A stretch of DNA of 64,000 bases. Source: Lama guanicoe. Lineage: Eukaryota. Location of the stretch: assembly GCA_013239625.1 (NCBI GenBank), contig MU054187.1:2613757-2677756 (forward strand), in the 5' to 3' direction. This document shows, piece by piece, positions 1 to 13,600 of the stretch (position 1 is the stretch's first letter; every line of letters starts with the position of its first letter). The notes under the pieces are model-generated. The model was not told the DNA's origin. It made no database searches and saw only the letters and a program-made list of their open reading frames with translations. A program made the position numbers and the translations under genes.

Positions 1-114
1 TAAGGTACTATCTGCCGAATTCTTTGTACTCCTGTACCTTGGACCTTGCCTTACACGTGATGAGTGCTCAACAAATATTATTACTTTAGGTTATTTTCTT
101 TTTTCTCTCCTTCC

Positions 115-248
115 TATTGAAGTATAGTTGGTCTTCAGTATTAGTTTTGGGTGTACAACATGGCGATTTGGTATTTTTGTAGATTATGCGTCAAAGTTAT
201 TATATGTTCAGTTTGTCAGTTCCGTGTATACTATGAGACTGTTTATCC
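115..248 (-). mobile_element. L1 3'-end fragment
   Basis: TATTGAAGTATAGTTG...GGTGTACAACA is the reverse complement of the L1 3' terminus seen elsewhere in the window. Confidence 0.6.
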
Positions 249-2549
249 AAACTGAAAGGGACCGTGAACAGAAATCTAGGTAGTTAACCAAGGAAACCAC
301 TGGATTCCGCTGTCTCCTGCCCTGTCCCCTACCCGCCCTGTGTCCTGTCTCCTACCCCCCCCCAGCGGTGTGCCGGGCTCCGCGCCGGCGCTCCTGGTTT
401 CGCCGGCAGTCCGTGCTGCTGCTGCTTCCCGGGCATGTTGTTTCTTTACTGATTCATCCACCTGAGCGCATCTCCTCCCTCACCTCCTTTCCCTTCTTTA
501 AGCAGAGAGTTAGGGGACAGAAGTAATAGACAGACTGAGAATAATGAGAAAGCTGTGGACCTCTCTGGCTCCAGAGCCCCTCTGGGAAAACGGAAGGGCC
601 CCCTCCGCGATGTCTGCGCCCGGCCGCTCTAGGGAGCACGAGGGGACCTCCGGGCCGAGCGCAGCTGCTCTGAGCCGGCCCCGTCGAAGGGCGCCGAGCT
701 GGAGCCTGGAGGTCACGGCCACCGCTGGCGCCTGCTCTGAACCTAGCAGACAGCGTGCTCTCCTTGCACGTCGTCCATGCCCGCTTCACACTGTTGACCT
801 GGAGAGATGAACGGCCTCGTCACCTCCCGGGGCTACAGCCACCGACCTCCCTCCTCCCTCCTGCACAGGCAAATATTTACCAGCTCTCTGACATCCCGGA
901 GGTCAGCCCTGAGGAGGTAAAGGCAGTGTTCAGAGCCCCCAGAAGCGGAGACTTCACGTTTATTCAAACCAGCATTGAGAGACTGACCCCCCAGGGAGCA
1001 TCTTGAAAAACTCCTGGTCTCAGATATAAGCTTGTGGACTCTGTGAGCTTCCTCATTATCAGCATCAAGGCCAGGGAATGAGAAAAGAAGGAAAAAGAAG
1101 AAGGGAAAGAAAAGAAGAGCTGAAGGAGAGGGAGAGAGATGAGGGGGCAGTCCTGGCGGCCAGGGTGACGGACACACGTCTTTCCTTGATGTTCAGCCCA
1201 GCCGTGACCTGCTTTCTGGATGCAAACTGAACTGGGGGAAAAGCAGTTCCCATGGAGAGCATCAAGCACCTAACAAAAAGTGAGTTTTGGAAGCATAACC
1301 ATCCCATTCATTCAGTCAGGCTCTAGAACCCAGATAAAGCCCAGAGATGGAAAAGATGTGAGATCAGCTGTTGGAAATAAATAAAACACGTCTTGAACTG
1401 AGCATCACAACGGTCCTTGATTTTTAATCCTCATCGTAATCATGAGAGGATGGTGTTGGATCCCCATCGGCCAAGAGAGGCTACCTGAGGCAGAGAGCAC
1501 CAGTGACCTCCGGAGCCCACACAGCACGTGAAAGGTGGGGCCGGGCTGCCACGGTTGTTCTATGCTGACTCCAAACCTACCCTCATTGCACCGAAGAATC
1601 TACTGCCACTTGAACCCAGACCACAACAGACTTGGCTGGAAGCAGACCTCAAAGCAAACAGCAGCAGAGCAGACCTCGGGAGAAGCAGCCGGCCGGCAGG
1701 TGGTCAGGCAGTGGGGACCCGTCTGGGAAGGCCGGGGAGGAAGGCGGCCTGGGCACCCGCGGGCCCGGCTCCCACGCAGCCCGCCGCCTGCGAGCAGGTG
1801 CTGGGACACGTTTCCTCCGATTCCACGTCCATTGTTCTGCCGTTGTTGCACCGTCTCACTGTCTATCACAGACGGAAATGAAATTGGTCTGAAATGGTTT
1901 CCTCTTCCCACAGTCTTCCCCGGCTGTGTATTGATAGATGGCTTTTAAATATAATATCCTTACAGACAGGAAAATTAAGCTGATCTATCCCTTTAGTGGA
2001 CAGAATTGTTTTTTGTTTCTGCTTTTTTTCTATTTTAACATGAGACAATGCATTTGCCTCTTCAGTCCTCCAAGACTTCCTTATCATACCATAGTCTAAA
2101 AAAAGGTGACTTAGTTCCCTGGGTCATCCGGCTGGTCAACTGGAGATGAGGGGTCAACACTCTGGGCCCTGGGCACCCTTCTCCCCAGTCCCAGGCCGCG
2201 CCAAGGTCACAGGTTTACAGAGGTGGGTGGGAGGAGCCAGACCCCTGCACCCTTACCTGGTCTTTCTTGCTGGCTGTCTGTTACCTAGAGATGTTTCCCC
2301 CTTACTTTTCGTGGCTCCCAGAAAACCTCTTCCTTTCTGTGTTTAGGTTTTTGGTCTGTGACTTGGAAACCACATGCTGTTTCTTTTTGTTTTCTTTATC
2401 TGTAACTCAAAGCCTCTTTCAGACCCCGGGCAGAGCAGGCTGGTATTTGGCTTTTGTTACTGCCCCCTGTCACTATAATTAGTTATTTCTGTGGCCTTAG
2501 AAATGTCTGTTAAAAGTACATTCCATTTTCGTTGTAAAACTTGTCCCTA

Positions 2550-2617
2550 AGCCAAGATATGGAAACAACCTAAGTGTCCATCAACAGATGACTGGATAAA
2601 GAAGATGTGGTATATAT

Positions 2618-2654
<37 letters not shown>

Positions 2655-3098
2655 TGGAATACTACTCAGCCATAAAAAAGAATAAAATAATGCCATTGGC
2701 AACAACATAGATGGACCTAGAGATCCTCATACTAAGTGAAGTAAGTCAGACAGAGAAAGACAAATACTGTATGATATCACACATATGTGGACTCTAAAAA
2801 ATAAAACAAACTAGTGAGTATAACAAAAAAGAAGCAGACTCAGATATGGAGAACAAACTCATGGTTACCAGTGGGGAAAGGGAGGGAGGGAGAGGCAACA
2901 TATGGGGGTAGCGGGGTAAGAGATACAAACTGTTACATGTAAACTAAGCTACAAGGACACATCGTACAACACAGAAATATAGCCATTATTTATAATAACT
3001 ATAAATTTGGAGTATAACCATTAAAAACTGTGAATTACAATATTGTACACCTGGAAGTTATATAATATTGTACTTCAACTGTACTTAAATTTAAAAAA
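2550..3098 (+). mobile_element. L1 3' fragment (end of ORF2 and 3' UTR) with internal (CA)n
   Basis: GCCAAGATATGGAAACAACCTAAGTGTCCATCAACAGATGACTGGATAAAGAAGATGTGG...GGAATACTACTCAGCCATAAAAAAG, ending in an A-rich tail. Confidence 0.9.
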
Positions 3099-4199
3099 CC
3101 TAAAAACCTCCACTTTATCCCTGATTTTCTTTTCACCAGGTCTTTTCTGCTCGGATCCAAAAGGTATTCAGATATGCTTTTCTGACACTGGTGCCGACAG
3201 TGCTTACTTTCCTTAATCCACACCGTGAACACTGCTGTTAGATGACTGTTATTCGCACTAATGTTTGCAGGGGAATTTTTAGAAGCACTTTCTCATGCAC
3301 ACAGGCATTATCCCATTTATCTCAAATAACCTATGAGGCAGATACTAGAACCAGCCTCCGTTTTGCGGATGAGGAAGCTGGGTCTTAGACACACCAGATA
3401 ATAACGCGCTCATCCACCGCTCCGCACCGGCAGTGCTGGGGTTGGAGCTGAGCCTGTCCCACCAGGAGGCCTGGCCACTGCCCGGGAGGGTTCCACTTGG
3501 GGCTGGCAGAGCCTTTCACACTGAACTGACGGGTGGCCCAGAAAGGTCCCCTGGGTGATGCCACGTGCTCATTTCCACCTTGAGCACCGCTGATCTCTTG
3601 GATAAATTCCACCACTGTTTTCTTTACTTCTACCATTAAATATAATTCCTTTCAATCTGTAAAAAATTTATTCAAGAAGCCAACCCACCTGAAATGATTA
3701 TTTCACCTTCAGTACTATGAAATCCTTTAGAAAAGTGATTGGCCTGAAGGATTATATTTGCTTCTCAAAAGGCCATTCTTTCTTGTCCTGAAGCACCTTT
3801 TGGCTAGAAGACTCTGGCAGCCTGTGCCCTAGTTGGAACACTTGAACTAGAACAGAATTTTTACACTGTTTATCCTCTGGTGAGGGTTTTAAGGGGAAAA
3901 GTGTCAACATAAATTTGGAATTTCCTGACTTCTGCAGATTTGAGTTATAATCTTGACAGGACTAGAAAGGAAATCTTAAAAAAATATTTTAGAGTGTTTT
4001 ATTGTGGAAATGTCCCCAACCATTTTCATCCCATTTTCCCAGAGAAACCTGACAGCTTGGGGAGAGGGGAGGGGGGAGGGCAGAAGAACAAAACCCAACG
4101 GGCCACATCCTTGAACTCTTTTGTGTGTTTAGAACAATGTCCAGTTAAAATCAAACAATATTGCTGCTAAATGCGTCTAAAATAGTCCTTGGTGAGCGC

Positions 4200-4950
4200 T
4201 CTGGCCGTGGCAAGGGCGTTTTGGAGGGCTGGTGCCAGCCAGGGCCTCTCTAAAGAGGGAGGGTCTGATTCGGACCGATGCAGCCAGGCCTTCTAAGACC
4301 CAGGATCGTCCCCAGGGCCCTGCCACCACCTGATGCGCGCCTGGGACCTGGAGCCCCAGCCCGGGCGGCGCGCAGAGCGAATACCAGCGCTGCGCCCGCC
4401 CGAGTGGAGAACAAAAGCCGGGCAGGGCCGGGGAGCGGGCCAGGCTCGTAAAGGAGGCGAAGTCACGAAGTCTGGCCCTCCGGCCAGATTTCCTCGGGAA
4501 GGTGAGGTGTGGCCGGCACTGAGTGTGTGCACCGCCTGGGAGGGGAGCACGCCCTGCCTTCAGACGGCAGGCGCGGGGGCCTGGCCCGCCGCCAGGGAGC
4601 CAGACGCCAGCCCCGGGCCCTGGGCAGTGGGAGCGGTCGCGGGCCGGCCACACAATGGCATTATCTCGGCGCAGCGCGGCCGCAGGGCCGCGCGCCGCTT
4701 CCTGCCCCGGCCCCGCGGCACAGCCTGTCCCGCTTCCCGCCGCCTTCGTTCGCGCTCGCGGGCGCGCCGGGCTCGGGCAGCGGCGAGCGGCCGCCTCTTC
4801 CTTGGGAACTGCAGACGCTGCAATGCGGTCATCCATTGTATTTTTATCCCCCTGCAAGGACAGCCGATCATGAGTCACCTGGGGAAAGGGATTAACTCAA
4901 AACAGTTTATGTCATGCAGGCGACCGCCGGGCTTCGCAGAGGAGGGAACA
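4200..4950. promoter_or_regulatory. Orphan CpG island, candidate distal enhancer
   Basis: Dense CpG, no coding signal. SOX motifs ACAATGG 4652-4658 and CCATTGT 4833-4839, GATA motif TTATCT 4661-4666, AP-1 TGAGTCA 4871-4877, GGGATTAA 4888-4895. Confidence 0.55.
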
Positions 4951-6209
4951 CAGAACCAGCCGTCTTCAGAGTCACAGCAGCATCACACACAGCGCAGCTT
5001 GTCCATCTCAGCCTCCCAACCCGCGCCTGAATCCCTGAGCTCCTTCAGAGGAGGGAAGCAGAGAGCCGGGGGCAGAAGAAAAGCTGGCAACTGTGTTGGA
5101 AGGAGCTTGCTTTTAACCTCTAGTCGTTACTGTCAGTATACTTGGGCTGGACTTGGTCTAAACTGGTACTGTGCTCTCAGACACCAACTGGGATTAAATT
5201 CTAAAAATGTAAAAAGTCGTTAGACCCTGGTCCTACGAGAAAGGCTAGGTTTCGTTGTTTTGGTTCATTTGGTGGCCCTGGATTTGAAACGTGATTAGAT
5301 TATTAAACCACTGACCAAGTCTTTGAAACTACATGCCTTTGCCAGAAGGTTTAGAACCTTTAGCAGCCTGCTTCCAGAAATCAGGGGGTTCATCCAACAG
5401 TTACCAGAAATGCTCTTAAGCCTTCCGCTTCCGGGTCAGGAAGGTTTTGGCAGCCGGGGACTTGGCTCCTGGAGGAGTGTGTGACCAGGCTGGTTTCGGG
5501 GGAGCTGAACCCTCTGCTCTGTGCTCAGTGGCCACTCCTGCTCTCCCAGTGCAAGCCGCTTTCAGGAGACCTGGACAGTGGCTGCTCCTGGTTTGTCCTT
5601 AACGTCTAGATGGCTTTTCTCCCTCACCCTTGTGTGTGGCGGTCCCTCCCATCCCCGCTTTTGTGGAAATGGGCAGGCTTTTTTGGCCTGGACTCAGCAG
5701 GATGCTGGCAAATGTTTAACAACCAGCAACAAACAGCCCTGATCAGACATTTTTCATGCTCTTTAATGGGACAGCCAAGAAACGTAGACTTTTTAAGCCA
5801 TGAAATGTCTGCAGCATACAGAAAAACACAGAGAATCATACAGCAAACGTTCAGATGCTCACCAGCTGCCTTTGGTGAAATCTGTACATTTTGTGATGTT
5901 TATTTGAGAGTTTTCTTTTAAAGAAACAGCTCAGGACAGCTTGGTCACGTCTCGGACCTCCTTCGCCTCTCTCCCTGCACAGAGGTGACTGCTGTCTGAA
6001 CGCCGGTGCCTGTCTTTCCCCGCCTGCTGGACAGATGTCCTCCAAGTGCTCCCCATTGTGGAAAGGCTGGCATCTCTTCTGATGACTCGATACAAGCTTG
6101 TCAGTATTTTTGGATGCCACCCTTGGCTGCATGTATTTTATGTACAAAATGTAATGTTTTCACACATCTTAGAATTTGAATATAGGCTGTGTTATAGTGC
6201 CTGTATAGG

Positions 6210-7200
6210 CTTTTGGATTGGCTTTATTGAGGTACAATTCACGTACCGTGCAGCTCATCTACTTAAAGTGAACTTTCAGTTGTTTTTAATATAGTCACAG
6301 GATTGCATAACCACCACCACAGTGAACTCTACAACATTTTCATTAGCTGCCTCCAAAAATCCCTGTACCAGTTAGCACCCAGTCCCCTTCCCCCCACCTC
6401 CCAGACCGAGGCAATCACTAATCTGCCTTCTGTCTCTATGGATTCGCCCATTCTGGTCATTTCATATAAATGGAATCCGACAGTATGCGACTTTTTGTGT
6501 CTGGCTTTGTTCTCTTAACATCGCACTTTATAGTCCATCCGTGTCGCAGACTGCCCTGGTACTTCATTCCTTCTCCTGGTCTAGTCTTCCACTGTATGGA
6601 AGTATCACGTTTTATTTATTTATTCGTCTATTGATGGATATTTGGGTTGTTCCCACTTTTTGGCTATTATGAATAATGTTGCCGTAAATATTTCTGTGCA
6701 AGCTTTTGTGTGAACACGTTTCAGTTTGGGGGGTATGTAGATGGAATTGCTGGGTCATAGGGTATATGTATGTTTAATCTTTTGAGGACCTACTGGACTG
6801 TTTTCCAAAGAAGCTACAGCATTTACCTGCCCACCAGCAGTTAGCTGTAGGAAGGTTCTAATATCTCCATCTCCTCATCAAAGTGGATTGTCTGACTTTC
6901 TCATTACAGCCCTCCTAGTAGGTGTGAACTGCTATCTTATTGTGGTTTTGATTTGCATTTCCTCAGTCACAGTGATAGTGAGCATCTTCTCATGTACTTG
7001 TTGGCTATTTTTTTTTTTTGGTGAAATGTTTATTCAGATCCTTTGTCCATTAAAAAAATTAAATTACTTGTTTTTTTACTTACTGAGTTATATGTAAGAG
7101 CACTTTGCATATTCTAGAGAAAAGTTCTTTAACAGATGTACACTTTGCAAATATTTTCTCCCATTCTGTGGGTTGTCTTTTCACTTTCTTGATGGTGTTT
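6210..7200 (-). mobile_element. Old L1M 3' fragment
   Basis: Typical antisense L1M text: CTGTCTCTATGGATTCGCCCATTCTGG, CTTTTTGGCTATTATGAATAATG, TTGTGGTTTTGATTTGCATTTCC. Confidence 0.85.
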
Positions 7201-8529
7201 GCTCTATGTAACCCTCTGAAACTCTTTAAGTTAGTAAACATGGATAAACAGAATTATCCAGTTAGAACATGGAACGCTAGTGCATTAATTTTAACAGATT
7301 TCACCTTCTGTATAGTACTCAACAGTGCATGTGTATTGTGTGTGGAGCTGTTGATCCATTTGCTCATCAGGGGAAATTTGGGTCCATTTCCAGTATTTGG
7401 CTGTGACTTAGAGCCAGTGTGGAATTCTTACCCATGTTTTCAAGTGTTTGTTGGAGAAACTCCTAGGAATGAAATGCCACATCTCCCCCACATACTCCTG
7501 GGGTCTGAATGCCTGTCTTTAGGTTCATTGTCAGAAGTTTTCTTACCAGCAGTGAATTAGAGATCTCAGTGTGGGACACCCTGGCTAATACTTAGTACTG
7601 TTTGACAGTTAAATTGTGGGTATTGAGATTGAAATGGAATCTCAGCACTGTTTTAGAATGTGGCCTTACTGGCTGTCAAACTATGGCAGCCTGTGAGGGA
7701 CAGATTAGCTGCGGTGCCGTTTTGTTGTTTGTGACACAGAGTTGAGAAATTGTGGCAGCAGTATGTTCTTGTGTGCGGATGGCTCGGGAGACCCTCCTGT
7801 GAATGGAGCAGGATGAGTGATGGTGCAGCATGTTGCGTGGCCCCCCGGCACTCTCTGGCTGGCTGCGTTGCGTCCTGATCATGTAGGCTGTATACGGTGG
7901 GGGGCGTAGTCTAAATCTGCAGTGTGAGCTTTTGCTATGGGTTAGAGTCTTTGGATATTTCCCTCCAGTAAGTTTTCCAAAGCCAAGAAAGTTCAAGAGT
8001 TTGATTAAAGATCATTGGTCCTTTCAGCTGTGCTGCGAGGGTTCTCCTTCAGGGTAAGTCAGGAAATCCTGAGCTGGTCTGTCTAAATTCTACTTCGCTA
8101 AAGTGGTGAAAGATGAAAGTTCAGCCTCAGAGTTATTCTTCATTGACAGTTGGGTAGACTCCAGTTTGCACCAGATTTTCTTGGCCAGACTCTCTCATCT
8201 CTCTGGGCAGTGGGTGAAACCTCAGCCACGGAAGCTCAGAGAGGTGTAGGCTGTGCAGAAGAGAGCTCTGACCCCTGTCCCCGCGCCAGTGACCGTCTAG
8301 TGGTTGCACACTTCAGGCTTTGTCTCTAAATGACTGCGAATGTGCCATTGACCAGACGTGGAACCATCACACCAGGCAGAGTGGACTGAGAATGGAAACG
8401 TCCAGATGCCCAGCCCTGCAGATGTCCAGCTTCTGCTGGTACTATCTGCCTCTTGAGTAGTTATCATGAAATTCAAGAGAGACCTGGATTAGATCTGTTT
8501 AACGATTCAGCTTGTCGCACATCAGCACT

Positions 8530-8690
8530 GTCTTACCCAACTTCCCTGTGCTTAGGTTCCCTCCTCTGTAAACTGGGGATAATGATGTACCACCATCCCC
8601 CAAGGGGAGTATCAGGATTAAGTGAGATTATAAATATAAAGTGTGGAAACAGTGCCTGGAAAACAGAAAATGCTCAATAAATGTGATCTA
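8530..8690 (+). mobile_element. MIR SINE fragment
   Basis: TTCCCTCCTCTGTAAACTGGGGATAATG...GGATTAAGTGAGAT...AACAGTGCCTGG...ATGCTCAATAAATG is MIR core/3' text. Confidence 0.7.
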
Positions 8691-9364
8691 GGACTATGAC
8701 CGTATTATTACTATTTTCTTCCAGTTTTACTGTGATTTAACTGACATACCACATTGTGTAAGTTTAAGGTGCACAGCATAATGATTTGACTGACATAGGA
8801 TTGTATTAATATTAACGATACATCCAATAAAGTCAGGGGAAAATCAGTTAATTCTTAATGTGCATAAAAATTTGTTTGGCTAATAAACCTTTAAACTTTC
8901 TGGAGATCATTTGGGTGCATTCAGTTACATACAAACCCACTGTAGGTCTTCTCAATACATGGTCAAATTGAACTTAAAAATAAAGAAGAGTAATTTTACA
9001 CACCAGGTAAAAATGTAGCTTTAGTAGGTGGTCTTGTATATCTGAATAGTTCTTATGATTTCGGGACATATATATTGACACAGAAATAGTCTATGAATTA
9101 ATTTTAATATTGAAAACTCAGAAAGCACATATGGTACCATATCAACACAGCAAATATTTTAAATATCATATTTAAATTTTGTTTTACTGAATACAGGCTA
9201 CAAATGGAGTTCATCTTTAAAACAGTCTGGATTTTTAACTTCCTGGCTATTTTTTTTTTGACTTATATAATTAAGAACCATTCAAGTCAACATTTAAATA
9301 AACAGTTTTAAACAAGTCATAATTAATTCCTTCCTATTTTTTATCAACCAAGAGAGTTGAGAAT

Positions 9365-9395
<31 letters not shown>

Positions 9396-10252
9396 CCTCC
9401 CTACTTAACATCTGTTTGGATAGGACATTTCAGATCACAACTGTAACAAATCTAAGTTTTATATAAATAAGTAATAATAATTTAAATAAAAATAATAATT
9501 TTAATTAAAAATAAAGAATAAAGAATTCTTTATAACGAGTGTAACTGTTACATAATCATGAACCTTCACCAAAACTTACAGTGTCCAAGAGCAAGTGATT
9601 TTTCATTTCAAGAAGTGGCTCATAAATGTTTTCTTAAGTCAATTATAATGATAAATCTGCAGTATTATCTTAAATAAATATCTTCTAACGTCTTCTCTTG
9701 ATGTCCCTGCCCAAAGTGAACAATTTATTTCAGAAGGATTTTTTTTCTGCTGACAGGGAAGTTAAAAAAAAATCATTCAGCTGAAGAAGGTTTCCTGATA
9801 CTCACAGAATCTTTGACAGCTTGGCCCTGGACATCACTAGATGACAGCCTAACCCCGGGGGTCCCCTCACAGAGAGGAAGCCCGGGTGAGAACCCAGTCT
9901 CCTCTGTGCTGGAGGGCACGCCTGCCAGCCCCGGCCATTTTGGAAGAGGGAATTCTAAACAAGCATAAACAGCCACCGAGCAGCTTCAGGAAATAGCAGT
10001 CGGGGGAGTCACCAAGGTTGTCAGATCTTAGGCTTTTTGATTTGGGAGGTGAGATGAAAAAGCAGGAACTATCCTTCAGTCCTTCATGAAATAGAAATAT
10101 TTGCCAGTCCGACCAACGGAAAAATACTGTGCTTCAAAAGTCTCCAGAGAGTAAGGATTGAAACTATGATTTGGTAGGTTTTTAAAAATCTTTTACATGT
10201 AAGAGAGTGTGCAGATCATAAACACACAGCTTGATTAGTGTGTTCTTCTTTT

Positions 10253-10363
10253 AGTGCATGCCGAGCATGCAGGAGGTCCTGGGTTCAATCCCCAGCACTG
10301 CTGTTAAATAAATAAAGCTTCCCCCCAAAAAGAATTAAAAAATAATTTTAAAAATTAAAAAAA
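10253..10363 (+). mobile_element. tRNA-derived camelid-type SINE (5'-truncated)
   Basis: GCATGCAGGAGGTCCTGGGTTCAATCCCCAG (B-box) followed by an A-rich tail. Confidence 0.75.
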
Positions 10364-10394
10364 TATGTTTCTCTTTTAAAGTACAGTGGTGGTG

Positions 10395-10690
10395 GAAGTT
10401 TATCCAGCACAAATGTACCGTTTTAACCATTTTGGGGTGGATGCATCAGTGGCATTGGGTACATTCATGTCATGCAACCATCACCACCATCCACCTCCAG
10501 AAGTTTTTCATCTTCCCAAAATGAGACCTCATACCCATGAAACACTCCATCCGCCCATCCCCCAGGTCTGGGCAGCCACCGTCCTACTTTGTCTGTGACT
10601 CAGACGACCCCAGGCATCGGTCATATCAGTGCAGTTATGCTGCATCTGTCTGTCTGTACCTTCATTGAGCATAATGTCCTCCGGGTGCAG
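10395..10690 (-). mobile_element. Old L1M 3'-end fragment
   Basis: TTTTAACCATTTT...CAGTGGCATT...TGCAACCATCACCACCATCCACCTCCAGAA is the antisense L1MB-like terminus. Confidence 0.7.
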
Positions 10691-13600
10691 CCTGGTGAAT
10701 TTCACCAAGTTGAATACACCTGTGTGACCAGATCAAGTGCCAAAGACGCCTCTTGTGTCCCGTGTCCAGTCGGCACCTGCTACCCTTGAGCCATCATGAG
10801 GGTAGCCATGTCCGTGCTCAGTGAGAGGAGGATGCAGAAGGGGGACCAAGGATTCTGCCTCTCACTTCCCCAGGAGGAGAAGCTGCGCATGTGATCTGTT
10901 TTATACGCTGGGGTTTAGCCTGCCTACCAAGGAAAAGCCTGGAAGCTGTTGGTTTAGGAAATGTTCACACGTCACTCCCAGATTGTCTGGAGAAGAGTCT
11001 CGCGTCTGCCCTCATTCTGCTGACTCCCGATCTTGAGACTCAGTTTAGGCAGCATCTCCTGCAGGAAGTCTTCCCTAAGCACTCTTGGTGCCTTCCCGCC
11101 AAAATATGGTCCATCGGTACAATGGAGTATTCCTTCAAAAGAGAAAGGAATTCTGACACATGCTGTATCATGGAGGAACCTTGAGGATGTTAAGCTAAGT
11201 GAAATAAGCCAGAAGCAGCGCAAATACTGAACGATCCCCTCTTGGGAGGGTTCTAAAGTGGTCAAACTCAGAGAGACAAAGAAGCCAGCAGTCGGTGGAG
11301 CCAGAAGATCCTTCTGCTAGTTCTCCAAATGTCTGGAAGTTGGTTATTTCTACACATTTCAGTGTGGTGTCCTCACAACTGCTAAAGAAAGCATCTTCCA
11401 CTCATTGTCTAAGGCACCATCCATGCAGCCAGGGCAAGGCCCAGATCTGCTTTTCTTTAATTTCAGACTGAGAATCAACAGAAAACATATCAATGCTGAT
11501 AAACAGCCAAAAATATTGAACAAAGTTCATATAACATACTTACAGCCACAATAAAAACCAAAGAAACTCACAATTTGAATAATATAGTAACTATTTGTGG
11601 CCTATGAAATGCCAAAATATTTTAAAATTTTAATTAGAATTAGGGGTGATTTTTGTTTTCTCACTGGTATTTGTCAGATTTTTAAAACTACTAAGTATGT
11701 GCTGTTTTTATAATGGCTTCCTTCTTTCTCTTTCCGACTTACCTCACTTAGTATGATAATCTCTAGATCCATCCATGTTGCCGCAAATGGTGTTATTCTA
11801 TTCTTTTTTATGGCTGAATAGTATTCCAGTGTATAGATATACGGAAACTTCTTTATCCAGACATCTGTCGATGGACATTGAGGTTGCTTCCATGTCTTGG
11901 CTTTTCTAAATACAGAACTAGGTTCCTACACATGTGGCTAGGAAGGAGGAAAATACAGATATCATGTGAGCCTGCACACAGGAGACGGATGAAGCATGGC
12001 CCAGATGCACGGCTTGTTCCGTTTCTATGCAGGAGCTGGATCAGGAAGAAGTCAGGTCAGTGATGAACAAAGATGGGGGGGCTGTAAAATTGTGAGTCCA
12101 GCCTCCCTGGGGGGCTTCCACGGAATGAGGGGGCTAGTGGGCGGGGCAGTGGGAGGGGCGTTTTTATTGAGCAGCTACTGTACCCCACCTGTTGTGCTCT
12201 GTTCCTTCCACCTGTCACCCCACGTCCTCCTTCCCCGGGTACTGAGTGGAGCTTTTCCACGGGAAGGAGTGTTGTGTACTCCAATGACAAAACTTGGCAT
12301 TAGAACTACTTTCCAAAGAACCGTAAGACTAGCTTTTCTTTTGTCTCAGGTTATGAGCAAGACCTAGAAGTTGAACAGCCGAGACCTGGATACCTAATTT
12401 GTCCAGTTCAGTCCTGACTCACTGGATGGCCTTAGTGAAATCATTTTCCATCTGTGAGTGAGTTTCCTTGCTGTGAGGACAAAACTAAAAATACATACTG
12501 TCTTCATGGATTATGGAAAGGACTCCTGAGTAATCTTTACTAAGAAACTGCAACTTTTTTTTTTAAGGAGAAAGAGATATATTTCATCACAGAGGAAATC
12601 TGTTTGGGAGTTGCCTGATCCTAAAATGATATGATATAAAATAAAAAACTCTCTTCAGCCTCCTCCTTTAGACCAGGAGACAGAACCTGGCTTCACTCCA
12701 GGTTCTTGGATGCCGGCTAAGAGCCAGCCCAACGCCGTGAGCAGCCCCGTGATCCCAGCCAGCTTCCAGAAGACGCGATGTGCTCAGGAGGGTGTGGCGT
12801 GTCCCGTGTGCCTCCCCAAGGAGCTGGGACCCTGGGCCGGAGAGCATCTCATCTCCCCGTGTCCTCTAGGCACACTCCGCAGGTGCTAAGTCCACCACCG
12901 ACTTTTCTTTGGAATTTACACGACCCCATTCTGGGGGCTGCATACAAATCTAGTTTTACAGACAATGGGTTTTCTCATTTTAACCAGGAAATTCTGCTCC
13001 ATTTGCATTATTTTGTTACAGTTTTATCCCACTCTTCAGTTCTTGTGGCTAAGAAGGTTTTGAGTAGGGTCATCCCTGGGTCCATCCACGTTGCCGCAGG
13101 AGGTGCTGTTTCGATGACAAATGCCACCTGCAGCTCTTGCCAGCCCTGCGGCCCTGGGAGAGCGACCCCACCACCTGTGTGTCAGATTCTTCCCCCAACA
13201 CGGAGGACGTAATAACAGAGCCTCGCAGAGTGTTGCTTTGTTGTGTGGATTCAGTAAAGCAACATGGAGAGCCGTCGAACAGGGCCTGGAGCACCCAAGT
13301 CCTCAGGAAGGGCTAGTGGTCACTCTGGGGACACGGGAAGACAGGGCGTCTTCCAGGAGAAAGATGGCCTGGAGGTGGAGCGCAGGGTCTCATTCTGTGT
13401 CCAGTGAAAGAGGCTGTAAGCACCACGTCGGCCCCGTCAGTGGAGGCTGCCTCGCTGCCTGCCGGCCCGCTTCTGAATGGCTTTAGACTCCGTCTGGGAC
13501 GGGGGGCCACGCTGGCTTCAGGGCTGGGGCAAGAGGGAGGGAAGTGACATGTCAGCGTGGCCGTTGCTCTGGGTTGCTGCCTACGATGTCTGGTCGGCGG

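Noticed and set aside
4177..5223. Long overlapping ORFs of 233-296 aa
   Set aside because: Arg/Gly/Ala/Pro-rich, open on both strands and in several frames, with no recognisable domain. Expected from stop-codon scarcity in a CpG island.
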